A stretch of 64,000 bases of DNA from NCBI GenBank assembly GCA_964016885.1, contig OZ024743.1:301382001-301446000 (forward strand). The letters run 5' to 3'. The stretch is from Eledone cirrhosa. Taxonomy: Eukaryota. Shown here in pieces: positions 28,156 to 41,998 of the stretch. The notes under the pieces were generated by a model. It had not been told where the DNA came from. It saw only the letters and a program-made list of their open reading frames with translations, and did no database searches. Position 1 is the stretch's first letter. Each line of letters begins with the position of its first letter. The position numbers and the translations under genes were made by a program.

Positions 28156-28399
28156 TGTATATATAGTGTATTTTGCAATACACTGTATGCTTAATTAAAA
28201 GCATTTCGAATACCTTACGCTATTGTTTTAGAGTAGTGATAGTCTCACTTACTTTAATTTTCAGCAAACATGCTGAACATTTTAGCTAGATACAATACTG
28301 CTGTATTCCATTCTTTAAAGTCACCTGATATGATTTCATTCAGCAACACCACAAACTCTCTCTTTCTCCCTATATTTCTCTCTCTACCCGGAAGGTACC

Positions 28400-28710
28400 C
28401 GTAAAACCCCATTATCTCTGGAAGCTGTGCTCTGATTTACGCGAAAGCTGTTTTATTCCATCTTTATTCCCATATGAAGGGCAACTTCTTTTCAAAGCAT
28501 TATGCGCCTTTTTGGGTGTATTAAATTACAGACAAACACACAACCACACAATTCTAGTAGTATATCGATATATTCAAAAATGCTTAGGTATATCAAAGAT
28601 GTTACTAGCCATAATCATCCAGGAATCCTAATCATTTCTCAGAGAGAAATATATTCAATCGATCTACAGCCCATCATAACTTGGCATTACAAGGTACCTG
28701 GTTTAACAAG
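28400..28710 (+). pseudogene. Highly decayed PLE-type reverse transcriptase fragment (possibly Nematis-like)
   Basis: GSCALIYAK..LFPYE.. then MLRYIKDVTSHNHP..EIYSIDL resembles the PLE consensus GxNCAPLLAxLFLxxYE...FRYIDDVLSLNNP..IYPxEL. Confidence 0.4.
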
Positions 28711-29814
28711 AAATGAAATTATTTCTGACATCATTCACCCCTTCAACATAAATAAGCTAGGATCAACTGGAGAATGAACAAATACCATACATTTTCAAAT
28801 AGCAAAATGAGAGTGTGAGATACAAATGACTAAAGAATAGGTAATCTAATATTAATTCTTTTCAAGAGAAATATGACACACCCATAACATATTTCAACCC
28901 AGACAGTCACTAAAATCAGCTGAGATTAAAAACGCTGCCCTGTAAGATATTTTCGCTTCTTTAATGTAGTTTTCTGACATGATGGTATTTGAAACAAAAA
29001 CAACCTAAATCTTCACGACCAGGCGCATATAGTATGCACCATCTACGTTGTTGATTTCGAAACAAGGGGATTATTTATACAAACATAAATCGGTTATTCT
29101 CGACATTATTAGTGCCATTGTGCGAGGTCCAAATTTTACAAAAGCCTTATTTATAATTTATTAAAAGCTTAACATTTGTTTACTCTGTAGTCATAACGAG
29201 GAGTATTTACTGGTTCAGAAATGATCATTGCGATATTCATTTATAACATTTATTATCCAACCACTTACACCAACACCAATGTTAAAATAACCAATAAATA
29301 CTATTTTGCATGCCATATGCAGATTCTCTGCATAGAATACTTGAATTATTGCGTCATGGTATAACATATATGTACATTGCAGTAAAAGTCCAATCATTCA
29401 CAAATACCAATTTATTCATTAGGTGAAGTAGCAGTTTTGTTCAGTGGCAACCGACACGAGCCCGCCCAAGGGTGATGATGCTGTGAGTTCGGCCCTTCCG
29501 TATTCGGACACATTGCACCTGTCATGTTGATCATATGATAAGGTGTATATAAACACTTCTCTCTATCTATCTCAGCAATGCCTATCCGCAGTCCTGTCCA
29601 GCAACAAAAGGGAGATATTGAAGATTCGATTAATCTGATATAATTTTAAGAAGCTAATAAGGAACAAGCTAATAAGAAATACATATACAATGAGAATTAG
29701 CTGTATGCTCACACTCTTTCTACCAAACATTTCAATATAAATATATATATTTTAAAAATAAACTGTGCAAGTCGTACAGTTTCTTCATATACATACTCAA
29801 GTCGGTCAATCAGC

Positions 29815-29850
<36 letters not shown>

Positions 29851-29938
29851 ACTCTCACTCACTCTCTCACTCTCACTCTCACTCACTCTCTCACTCTCAC
29901 TCTCACTCACTCTCTCTCAATATATATATATTTATATA

Positions 29939-29993
<55 letters not shown>

Positions 29994-30362
29994 TCAATAC
30001 ATCAACAGAGAAAGCCTTAAGCGATACTCCGACTAACTCCATCTCACTCAACAAATATTCGGATATACTTAAGTATTATCCCAATTTAGTATTTCGGGTG
30101 GTAACTAATCAGTATTTCGTGGATAGCTGGTTGTTTTTTTTATATGAGACATTATTAAATAAATATCTCTTTCCTTCCAGACGGTCGTTTCGTTATAATA
30201 TTTCTACAATTTCTGAAAAATAATTTTCAGGTTATGTAGAAACTTGTATATAATCCATAGTTCCATACACAAGCGGGCTCAGTGGATGCCCAAATAATAT
30301 TGATATAAGAATTATATCGACATTCATAAAATGGTGATGGTCTCCCTCAGTATATATATATA

Positions 30363-30607
30363 TACTAAAAGGGTGAAGTGTTATATCATCATTATATTTA
30401 TTGACGTCTGACGCACGTTTCGCGATTGATCAGCACATGGTTCGATCTCTATCAATCTGGGTCTACTGCTAATAACAGAAGTCCGACGAGCTTTTGATTG
30501 TAGGGTGGGGACATATCGATACAGCTCGAACCTTCAACTGACCAATCGCGAAATGCCCGTCGTACCTCAATAATGATAATCTAACATATCTATTTTATGA
30601 TTAGTAT
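30363..30607. mobile_element. Old inverted-repeat element with degenerate HHR
   Basis: GACGCACGTTTCGCGATTGATCAG (30410-30433) mirrors CTGACCAATCGCGAAATGCCCGTC (30538-30561); CCGACGA GC at 30483 is a possible 5' core. Confidence 0.5.
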
Positions 30608-30766
30608 CACACTCTGCTTAGTACGACACCAATACACTTACTTGGTTTAGCCACCAATAAACTTACTAGAAAGTACGCATCGAGTGTTCACTCTGCTGAG
30701 CCTACAGTAACTTGACGTCACAGTCTGTGTATGTATGTATGTATGTAAGTATATATATATATATAT

Positions 30767-31447
30767 ATGAATAAAGTTAGTCCTTCATCAGTGATCTTCC
30801 AACCTTCATTGGTATTTCATCGCTTTAAAGACCATATACCTCCGGTTGGTGCGAGCAACGGCTAAGGAAAGTCGTTGGGACACGTAAATAAGGGGAACGA
30901 GCGAGACTGTAAACAATTGAAGATGATAATGCAACGAAAAGTGAGGAAGATAGAGTCAAGTCCCAGATTTCTATGAATATAAGTTCGCTGAAATTGTGAA
31001 TGAGAGAGAATAACGACCATCAAACCTAGTCGAAATGTGAGCAAGGAAGGAATTCCGCAAAAGTCAAATGGAGGAAGTAGGAGAGGTAGTAGCAGAGAGT
31101 GAGTGAGTGAGGGGTGAGGAAGCGGCTAACAGAGAGAGTGACTCTTAGAGTGGGTAAAGGGAGGTGAAAGATACAGAGAAAGAGGAAGCAGTAAGAACGA
31201 AATAGACGGGCCGCAACGGAGGAAAATATATGTATGAATATGAAAACAAACGTGCTGCGTGGTTGCAAATGGGTTACTTATGAATAAAGTTAGGCCTTCA
31301 TCAGTGATCTTCCAACCTTCATTTGAATTGCATCGCTTTGAAGACTATATACCTCCGGTCGGTGCGAGCAACGGCTAAAGCAAGTCGTTGGGACACGTAA
31401 ATAAGGGGAACGAGCGAGTCTGTAAACGATCAAAGATGGTAATGCAA
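30767..31447. repeat. Element bounded by ~168-bp direct repeats (30767-30934 and 31280-31447)
   Basis: Two clearly alignable copies, period ~513 bp, TG...CA ends, purine-rich interior, flanked by microsatellites. Confidence 0.85.
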
Positions 31448-31603
31448 TACATATATACATGCATACATACATACATACATACATACATACATACATGCAT
31501 GCATACATACATACATACATACATACATACATGCATACATGCATACATACATACATACATACATACATACATACATACATACATACATACATACATACAT
31601 ACG

Positions 31604-32450
31604 GGATTGAGTTTTCAGTCCATTAGAAGGTTTTTTTACGAATTTGTCTAAAAATATATATATCTTTTTAATATACTTAACTTGGTTAATATGACATTAT
31701 TTACATAAGTCCAATACGCACGTTTCATTGAAGTATGTTCTACTTCACCATGTTTGTTATGGGCGTGAGGATTAACGTTCTAATAGAGGTACTAATGATG
31801 TGACGTGAATTTGGGATAGGTTTAATTGTGAGTTGAATAACAGGGAAACCCTTATTTAATATTTTGCAACAAATAAGGAAATGATGTGTTTATATGGTTG
31901 GGAAATATATTACCTGGGCTCATAGTATATAATATCATAGATAGATATTATAGCGGTTATAGTTGTGTAGGAAAGGCTGCTCTTTTGAGTGGTGCTTAGT
32001 ATGCTAGAAGAATATTATAGAATTTAAAGTTCTATAATGAATGGTAGTTATAATCTCGTGGTGTAAGTTTGGTGTATGCGGTTGTTTAGTTGTTAGTCAG
32101 GGTTCTTCAAATTATGCTGGTTGTACATTATCATGTGGCAGCGGCCGACACAGTCATCCCTCGTATGAAGACATGTTTCCATAACACGTAGCCGAATGTG
32201 GCCCTTCAACCGTTCACTATTGCACAATGTACATGCATGTTTACCGTTGACGTAGGACTTTCTATGTATAGCATTCTCAAATTTTACGCAGATGTTTGCA
32301 CCGGCATCTTTAAGCTTGCAGACATGACTTGATAGTTTTGTGGCTCTTCATTTATCCGAATGTCGGAGAGTTATTTTGTGGTTTATGAAGCGGATTTTGA
32401 ATAGACCTTCAGAGAAACCCACACAAAAGCTGCCAGGATATATACCGATT
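31604..32450 (-). mobile_element. Naiad-type PLE 3' fragment (GIY-YIG C-terminus + pLTR with HHR remnant)
   Basis: Minus translation of ~32130-32422: VGFSEGLFKIRFINHK..ATKLSSHVCKLKD..SYVNGKHACTLCNSE..VGRCH. At 31711-31757(-): TGAAGTA GAACA TACTTCAAT GAAA CGTGCG TA TTGG. Confidence 0.75.
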
Positions 32451-33739
32451 AAATATTTAAAAAAAAAAAAAATTAACATCATTTAACGAGCTTGAATTAC
32501 AAATTATCCTATTTCTTAATGATGTTTTCATACTATAAATTAATCTTTGTGTAGCTTACATGCGTATATTGACACAGCAAAATATATAATTCATATTTAA
32601 TATAGAATAATTGAAGAAAATTATTTATAAAAGAATTATATAATACATACTTATCTTGGCAATTTGGTAAGCATTATTGAATTCAATAGTTTGTAATGTC
32701 TAGTAAATAGTAAAATATATTGTTGCGCTACTCTCTCTAGAGAAAAGAAAACATTTTCACCACCTCTTCTTAAAATATAACACGTTCACGAACCATTAAT
32801 AAGCATTCTATATTTTCTATTGTGCTAACAGTTATCTGTAATCTACATAAAACATAAATTCAAACTCGGTAAACATTTTTATGATAGGAAATAAATAAAT
32901 AAAATACACAAATATAGAGTAGATAAATAAATAAACAGATTTGAAAACACTTCTTGAAAGTTGGAAACTGCAACTTGTAATTTTCTGCCACGTTTCTGAG
33001 AGATCTCTAGGGAATAAGGATTTTAAAACACCATTAATTTTGTTTCTCCGAGGACATATTAACTGACTAAACATTCTTTAAAATTCATCTGTTGTTGCGT
33101 TGACCGTTGTACTGGTAGTCCCTGCTGCTCTACATTGATGAATGTATATGATCTGTCTGCAGGTAACGTTGCTATATGCATAAAGACGTTTACATACAAC
33201 TTTCAGATTAGCATAACTACTTTATGTGTTCTTTATATTTTATTCATTTTTCAATTTATTCGCTGTTATATTCGATATTTTTGTTTTTAGAATTTATGTT
33301 GTTTACTTGTATTTGTATCTCTTGTACATTTTTCATTTATTTCAGACATAACATTACTTCGGCACATATTTTCCAACACATCGACTATACTAATATATAT
33401 ACATACGCAGAAATTCTATCTGATAGCTTTGCTATTCCCGTGAGTCTTATAATGTTCATGGCCACTGGTAAACATTAAACGTAGTATCCTTCGATTTCCT
33501 GTCAAGAATATCAAATCAAGGAATACCTGAATGCTGGAATAATAAAATTTAATCTCCACAATTTCTATTCACATTTTCCTCTTTGCCATATATATTTTAT
33601 TCTCTGTATTTCTCACGCTTTGTTTCTCTTTTCCTCTATCACGCAATAGTCCTAAGCATGTATTGGTGTCTGTATGTCTATATGCGAATATGTGTATCTC
33701 TATGTATATTTATATGTAAATATGAATTTATAAAAGAAC

Positions 33740-33815
<76 letters not shown>

Positions 33816-33874
33816 ATCTCTCTTTCTCTCTCTCTCTATCTCTCTCTCTCTCTCTCACTATATATATATATCTT

Positions 33875-33916
<42 letters not shown>

Positions 33917-33950
33917 TACATATCTATATGTAAATATGTATACGCATATA

Positions 33951-34020
<70 letters not shown>

Positions 34021-34742
34021 CATATATATATATATATATGTATATATACAGACATACATACACGTACACACACAATACTACATACACACAAACGCTAACT
34101 TGCATGTATACCACACACGTATACAAGTACGCAGACAGGCATATATATATGGGTGTGTGTATGTGTGTCAGCATGTGTATGTACAGACATGTATCCGTTG
34201 CGTCACTGCTATCGATTGAATAATCATATAAACTACAATTTCTGTTCTATTCTCAATACTACTACACCCCCACACAATTTCTACACATTTCAATTTGAAA
34301 TGCCGCTTCATTAAATACATACCAATAGATATCATGACTGTAACATGACAGCTTAAACAGGACCAGGCAAGTCCAGATGTCTAATTAGAATACGCTAGGC
34401 GAAGACGCTGCCAAACAACTGATTGTTCTATATATCTGTTTCTCTTACATTCATCTCTTTCTATCTCTTACTTTTCCCTTTATTCTTCAACATATCTGTG
34501 TCGATAGTGCGGCTAAAATATCGATATTTTCCTTTCAGAATGAGACAGTAGTTACTAGATAGACTCGCAATGGTATCCAGTTACCAACACTCTGCATAAA
34601 TTTGGTGTTATAATAAAAGTTGTCACATTTACATCTAGAAACGCAACTATAAAACGAGAGACCGGTTGTCGTCTTTCGGAATTTTGCGGATTTGACATTC
34701 CATTACCTAAAATAATATATATATGCTCTCTCACGCACACAC

Positions 34743-34798
<56 letters not shown>

Positions 34799-34939
34799 CA
34801 AAAGAGGTGTGGTAAGGCACCAGATGGATCATAACGCAACAGAGTACTCAATATATAGGGTAGTAGAGTGGGTAATAGGAAAACGTTTAACCACGACGGC
34901 AGAGCTGGAGCCGTTTCCTATATATATATATAGTAATGG

Positions 34940-34987
34940 TTCCTACAGAAGTAGAACTGTTTCATTCGAGACAAATCATCAGGAAGA
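34940..34987 (-). ncRNA. Hammerhead-like motif in a pLTR-type fragment (family at 48375-48563, 54081-54518)
   Basis: CTTC CTGATGA TTTGTCTCGAAT GAAA CAGT TC TACTTCTGTA GGAA: intact core, non-canonical stem I. Confidence 0.55.
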
Positions 34988-35103
34988 CAACTAATATGGT
35001 GATATTTATATATTTTCTGGTGGTAGAAGAGGGTGGTGATTCGGATGGGTGGAGGTAATTGTTTGATGGGTTTAAAGAAAAAAGAATCCTTTAAAAACTA
35101 TAC

Positions 35104-35148
<45 letters not shown>

Positions 35149-35213
35149 AACAAGTAAGACCACGGCGGCTGAGCTCAAGCCGTTTCGATGGCTAATTATA
35201 TATATATATACCT

Positions 35214-35268
35214 CAAGGGCGGTGCCCCAGCATGGCCTCAGCCGGATGGCTGAAACGGGTAAATGAGT
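35214..35268 (+). mobile_element. SINE 3'-end fragment
   Basis: AAGGGCGGTGCCCCAGCATGGCCTCAGCCGGATGGCTGAAAC resembles, from memory, a common octopus SINE tail. Confidence 0.45.
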
Positions 35269-35455
35269 ATACATATATATATATATATAGGATGACACCC
35301 AAATGCATACACACTCCATCTGCATTCTAAAATAGTATGTTTATATATTTTGGGGGACACCCTGTTTATACACCCACACATACAACACGCACATACAGCA
35401 CACACACACACACACACACACGCGCATACACACACACACATACACACCCATACAC

Positions 35456-35627
<172 letters not shown>

Positions 35628-35739
35628 ATATATAATATTATAAAGCTGAGTGTCGTGTGTATGTTTTATGTATGTTTCCGACACACCTCACACCTCCCCA
35701 TAGTTTCTTAGCTTTAATCTCTCCGTCGCTCTTCCCTCT

Positions 35740-35824
35740 TTCTATAATATATCATTCCCCTCTCTATAATTTAACTGCTTTACTCCCTCTGTCGCTCTTC
35801 AATCTCTAATATTATAAAGCTGAG

Positions 35825-35868
<44 letters not shown>

Positions 35869-36536
35869 CTCTCCCTCTTTCCCTATCTCTATAATTTAAC
35901 TGCTTTACTCTTTGTCTCTCTTCACTCTCTATGTGACAGGTAATACGTACACCATTAGGCAACATTCTTAGAGACACAGAGAGTGAAAGAGACAGATTAG
36001 GAAAACTACACCCCCAAACTACATCTAAAGAGAGAGAGTGGAGAGATGAGAGAGATTGAGACAGGGAAAGAGAAACAGAGGGACGGACGACCAGGTAATA
36101 CATACATATAAACTCATTTGGATACACATATCATAATATAATGGTTGCAGAACGAAAATACAGACAAATATAATAATGTATGTATCCCACACACTTTTTC
36201 TGTCGTCGCTCGCTTAAATAACACACACATACACACATACACACACACACGTACATACACCCACCAACACACACACACATACACATACGTTCACACATGA
36301 TTTCGCCAAATGCCGAATAACATCAAAACAAAACAAACAGACACCCACATGCACATACACAAACACATATACGCATACACAAACACACACACATATGTAT
36401 ACTTTATATGTATGTACGTATGTATGTAAGATCATTCTCCCTCTCTATAATTTAGCTGCGTTACTTCATCTGTCGTTCTTCACTCTCTATATGACAACAC
36501 TGTTTTATTTTCCGTATCTCCCTACAATATATACAC

Positions 36537-36609
<73 letters not shown>

Positions 36610-37313
36610 TTGGGAAAACTACGCACACACATCTACAGAGAGAGACAGAAACACAGAGGGAGGGGAAAGAGAGATATGCCGTTAGATAGAGAGAGATACA
36701 ATTAATGTGTTAATTATACAGAGAGAGATAGCGAGAGAGAGGAGAGAGAGATACATGGAAAGAGAAGCAGAGGGACGGGCAAGCAGGTAATACATACATA
36801 TAAAATCATTTGGATACAAATATCATAATCTAATGGTTTCAGAACGGAAATACAGATAAATATAATAATGTATGTATCCCACACACTTTTTCTGTCGTCG
36901 CTCACTTAAGTAACACACACGCACCCCCCCCCCCCCCCCCTCACACACACACACACACATACATACACATATACCCCCCCCCCCACACACACACGCACAC
37001 ACAAATACACATACTTTCACACCTGATTTCGCCAAATGCCGAATAATATCAAAACAAAACACTCAGACACCCACATGCACATACACAAACGCACATACAC
37101 CCACATGCACATGCACAAACACACATGCATAAACACACACATGTATACTTTATATGTATGCATATATGTATGTATGCATGTAAGATCATTCCCCCTCTCT
37201 ATATTTTAACTGCTTTACTTTCTCTGTCGCTCTTCACTCTCTATATGACAACACTGTTTTATTTTCCGTATCTCCCTACAATATATACACATAGAGAGAG
37301 AGAAAGAGAGAGA

Positions 37314-37348
<35 letters not shown>

Positions 37349-37450
37349 GGAAAACTACACACACACATCTACAGAGAGAGACAGACAAACAGAGGGAGGG
37401 GAAATAGAGATATGCCGTTAGACAGAGAGAGATACAATTAAAGTGTTAGG
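35740..37450. repeat. Diverged tandem duplication, unit ~700-740 bp, about 2.3 copies, interleaved with (CA)n/(GA)n
   Basis: 36078-36225 aligns to 36770-36920; 36430-36712 aligns to 37183-37448; partial third unit at 35740-36040. Confidence 0.85.
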
Positions 37451-37451
37451 T

Positions 37452-37498
<47 letters not shown>

Positions 37499-39351
37499 GA
37501 GAGAAAGAGAGAGAGATATTTGTGAAGGACAATGTGATACGGGAGGGTGTGTGGTAACTTTGCAATGGAGTGTGGGGGATGGTATACCTAGCCGAAGGCC
37601 AGCCGGACTGGCCAGCTAGTATATACATATAGAAAACCCCCTATTGTCCTCGTAAATCTACGTCTTAAAAAAAAAACATGTTACTGATATCGAAGACACC
37701 GATTTTCTTTTAGATGTCTCATCAAACCAGAAAAGAACTTACATTGCCCAGCAACTGTTCTTCGTCAGGTTTTTCAAATGTTTTCTCTCTCCTAGCTAAT
37801 ATTGTATGGCTGTTACTTCTTACGTGTTTCTGCACCTGTTGACAGGATATATTTCCCTACCACAAGATGACCAAACACACACTCCTCACCTAGCTAGCTT
37901 GATGGTGGTGCATGTTTTGTCACTGACACGCCATGCTTGTGTCAGGGCGTTCCTGCCGTAAATGTTGCTAATAACACTTGAGATGAGCTTCACATATACA
38001 TTATTTCATACATACATGAATACATACATACATTGATCCATCCATATATTTATGCATACGAACATCCATCCTTACATACACACATACATACATACATACA
38101 TACATACATACATACATACATACATACACACATACATACATACATGGTGGCTGCCAACTCACTTTCGAGTACGGCCACTACTATCCATGTAGGAGAACCC
38201 CTACCTATGCGCTGAACGAGTGTGACATTTTAGTCCAGCCAGCAACTTGAAAACTCTGGTACAAACACTACACTTGTGACAATTATTGACACATAGTGCT
38301 GGGCCCATGGTTCCATGTGACGACAAGTGCAGAGAGATCTCCAGATATAAAGCAATGCATGTGCCGTGAAGCTTTTATTGTGAGCAAAGGCACTTCACAA
38401 AGCCAGTCCCACTCTCTTAACCAAGATGATATTTACCAAAAAGAAGAACAAGTCAACATCAGTGGATACCATCAGGGCTGCAGGTGTTATATCAGAGTTT
38501 TCCTTCTCCTAGAATTCTGCCTTGACAAAGGCTAAGGGGTCATCTCTCCAGGTATACATACATACATACATACATACATACATACATACATAAGTACGTA
38601 CATACATATAGATAAGTATACAAGTGAAATGAGAATATTGAACACAATCCCTCTAAATCATCGTACGATTCTTTAGAATCTGTAAACGCCAGTCAGTGAC
38701 AGACTTCATCTAAAGAAGATTTTTGTTATTGATGTCTAATGTAAATATTTGAATTTAGGTTTAAAGAATATAATGTATAGCCTAATAAATGGCACGGCAT
38801 ACATTCATAGGAAGCACAACCATCAAACATACAGAATTATAAATATAATCATAATATATTTGAAAAATAATTCATGTAATCTTTATTTACATACAACGAG
38901 GACAGTTTAATTTTCTACCTTAATACTAAAGGCTCACAGACAAACACTGTTATCCGCTTCAACTGGATAACACTACAAGCATTACGAAGGGCTGTTCATC
39001 CTCATTAATCCTACTATGCCTGCTCTGAGTTCCCCCTCCCTCAGTTTACTTCTTTGGCATAACTATCGAAAGGAAACAGATTTTCGTCTCACGTTTTGTT
39101 TCATTTCCTAAAATATACCCTGATAAATGTTAACATAACGTATTTAAAAAGACAATTTCCCCATTACAATGGAAAATGCAGGAGTTGAACATGAGGTATG
39201 AAATGATATTTCTTTGATTGTGCAGACTTTTTAAGCAAACATCATTACCAATCAAATTTTGATTTGCTTGGCAAACATTTCTTTTCATGGTTACAATGGC
39301 AATAATATTTATCTATTTTGCAAACCTTTTGAAATTGCATTATTAGTTAGT

Positions 39352-39540
39352 GGCGGATTGGCAGTATCGGTAGAGGGTCGGACGCCATGCTTTCCAGCAT
39401 AGTTACGTGCCTTTATGATCTGAGTTCAAATCCCGCCGGGGTTAACTTTGCCTTTCATCCTTACGGGGTCGATAAAATAAAGTACCAGTAATGCACTGGG
39501 ATATTTGCTGGCCGTGTGCCTAAAGTAGAAACAATTATTA
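39352..39540 (+). mobile_element. tRNA-derived SINE, full length
   Basis: TGGCAGTATCGG A-box, GAGTTCAAATCCC B-box, shared body and TTA tail. Confidence 0.85.
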
Positions 39541-40054
39541 GTTAGTTCATTAGTAGCAATATTGCACATATATCCTGTAGCAAATAGTTAGTTCATTAGT
39601 AGCATATATTGCACATATATGTTGCACATATACCCTGAAAATTGTATGACGATACCCTTACTGCTTCTGGAATGATGTTGAACATTATAACTACTTAATA
39701 TAACACATCTGGGTACAACTGATGAGGTCTTTTCGAATATGATGCCAGTACCATCTTCGTTACGCACAACTGTTTCCCTATCAATGGTGTATACTTGGGG
39801 CAAGTTTTATTATGATATCATGAACGGTTAAGGAATAAAGCAGAGGAAGCGATGTAAGAGATATCTCCAAGCCTACGGAGTTGCTATAATACGCTAGTAT
39901 TACAGGATTAAGATCCATTTATCAATCATGTATAACTGCGACATAGTCCTTATACCGAGGTTTTACCTCCGGTACATCTATCTATATACCTATGTATCTC
40001 ACCCCCTTTATATCCCTCTTTCTCTCTGTTTCTCTCTATTTCTCTCCATTTCCT

Positions 40055-40177
<123 letters not shown>

Positions 40178-40197
40178 TAATTCATATATATATATAT

Positions 40198-40715
40198 ATG
40201 AATGAATGTATAGTATATTTAGCAATATACCGTATGTTTAATTAAAAACAATTTGAAGACATTGCGTTATCAGTTTTGAAGTATTGACTATGTCACTTAC
40301 TTCTTTTTTCGGCAAAGAGGCGGGGAGTACGTTGCTCTGAGGATCACAGAGTGAAACAGAATCTGTCATGTATACATCGCTATTTCAGAGCACAAATCCT
40401 AACTTTATATTTTTGCTGGACCGGCAATCGCTCTGTATAATCAGTTCCTGATTATTACTGGAATTGTATAAGAATCCTGCCCCTATAAGTTTCGGCAGAG
40501 GCGGTGAGTACGTTGTTCTGAGGGTCACCAACAGTGTCAAACAGAATCTGTCAGCTTCTCTCCCTTCCTTTGCCGAAAAAAAAGTAAGTGACATAGACAC
40601 TACTTTAAAAATGACAGCGCAAGGTCTTCAAAATATTTTAAAATAAACATACGGTATATTGCCACATATACTATACATACATTCATGTATACATCGCTAT
40701 TTCAGAGCACCAATT

Positions 40716-40718
<3 letters not shown>
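40198..40718. mobile_element. Compact element with inverted arms and two tandem HHR copies
   Basis: IR 40198-40318/40565-40687; direct repeats 40310-40368/40493-40553 and 40366-40400/40684-40718; related end at ~28150-28270; between (TA)n tracts. Confidence 0.8.
40334..40368 (+). ncRNA. Type I hammerhead ribozyme motif (second mutated copy 40515-40555)
   Basis: GCT CTGAGGA TCACAGAGT GAAA CAGAATCTG TC; the second copy supplies the AGC strand of stem I; stem III ACAG/CTGT with a GUC site. Confidence 0.7.
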
Positions 40719-40811
<93 letters not shown>

Positions 40812-41269
40812 TACCTATAACTATGTATGTGTGTGTGTGTATGTGCGGGGAAGTATTTCCCTCTCTATAGATATCTCTGATTAGATGTCGCTATCCTTGT
40901 GTTCCTGCTCGTTGGTATATATGTGCAGGCAAATAATGTGTGTGCAAGGTTTCGTAAGTTGTCTGCGAATTTGCGTGTGCACTTGCATTAAATATTAGGA
41001 TGTCCGCCTCGTGCTTGTAGCGTAATGAATTCAATTCCTGTCGCTGCATTTTGATTTGAGATAGTGTTCTGCAGTTCGCTGACCAGAAAAAGTGAGTGTA
41101 CCTCAAAAGCATATGTGCGTCTATTTTTTTGTGTTACTAATTCGCATGTAGTAGCAACAATGCTACCAGTATATAACAACAATGCTACCAACAAAACTTG
41201 ACATTCATCTATAATCACTACATACATAACAAATATTACATATTTGATGTAAAAATGCATGAAAATATT

Positions 41270-41998
41270 TAACTGAACAAAAAGGAAAAACGAACACAGA
41301 CATATATATGTGTTCAATCCTAATGGACCAACATCTCTAAGGCGAAATAATTACTAACTACAGACAATAGGGTTTGCTAGATTCAATTTAAGAATAAATT
41401 AAGAAAAATAAATACAAACCAGTTTTGTGGTAACTAACATCAACCAGACGGTCTTTGATATAACCGTTTCGCAATATTATTTGTGAAGAGATATACCAAA
41501 TTCCAGGCTCATCACTGGGTGAAGAAATTAGTATCCTCCTCACTTCTAAATCAATACATGCTTTTGATATATTCGGCTCCGTTATTTCGTAAAGCTATTT
41601 CAAATGTCGTGTACACCCGTCTTCTATTTTTAGTGGCGTAAATCTGCGCGACACGCTAAGTTCGGGTACCATGAGCTTTATATATACACACACTTTCCAG
41701 TTTTCTATTTGATTTAGAAGTGAGGAGGATACTAATTTCTTCACCCACTGATAAGCCTGGAATTTGGTATATTTCTTCACAAATAATATTGCGAAACGGT
41801 TCTATCAAAGACCGTCTGGGTGATGGTAGTTACCACACTACTGGTTTGTATTTATTTTTCTTAATTTATTCTTAAATTAAGTCTAGCAAACCCTATTGTC
41901 TGTAGTTAGTATTTTTTTCACCTTAGCGATTTTGGTCTATTTAGATTTGAACACATATATATATATATCTGTGTTCGTTTTTCCTTTTTGTTCAGTTA
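41270..41998. mobile_element. Inverted-repeat element, ~285-bp arms with HHR in each arm
   Basis: 41270-41556 is the reverse complement of ~41706-41998, with a 150-bp spacer. Confidence 0.9.
41742..41822 (+). ncRNA. Type I hammerhead ribozyme, consensus of both arms intact (antiparallel copy 41441-41521)
   Basis: CACCCA CTGATAA GC[34 nt]GC GAAA CGGT TCTATCAAAG ACCG TC TGGGTG; the other arm has GTGATGA, so the consensus is CTGATGA; 6-bp stem I and GUC site. Confidence 0.8.

Noticed and set aside
37515-38555. GC-richer segments resembling SINE or RTE 5'-end fragments
   Set aside because: Single copy in the window and only vague remembered similarity; boundaries unsupported.
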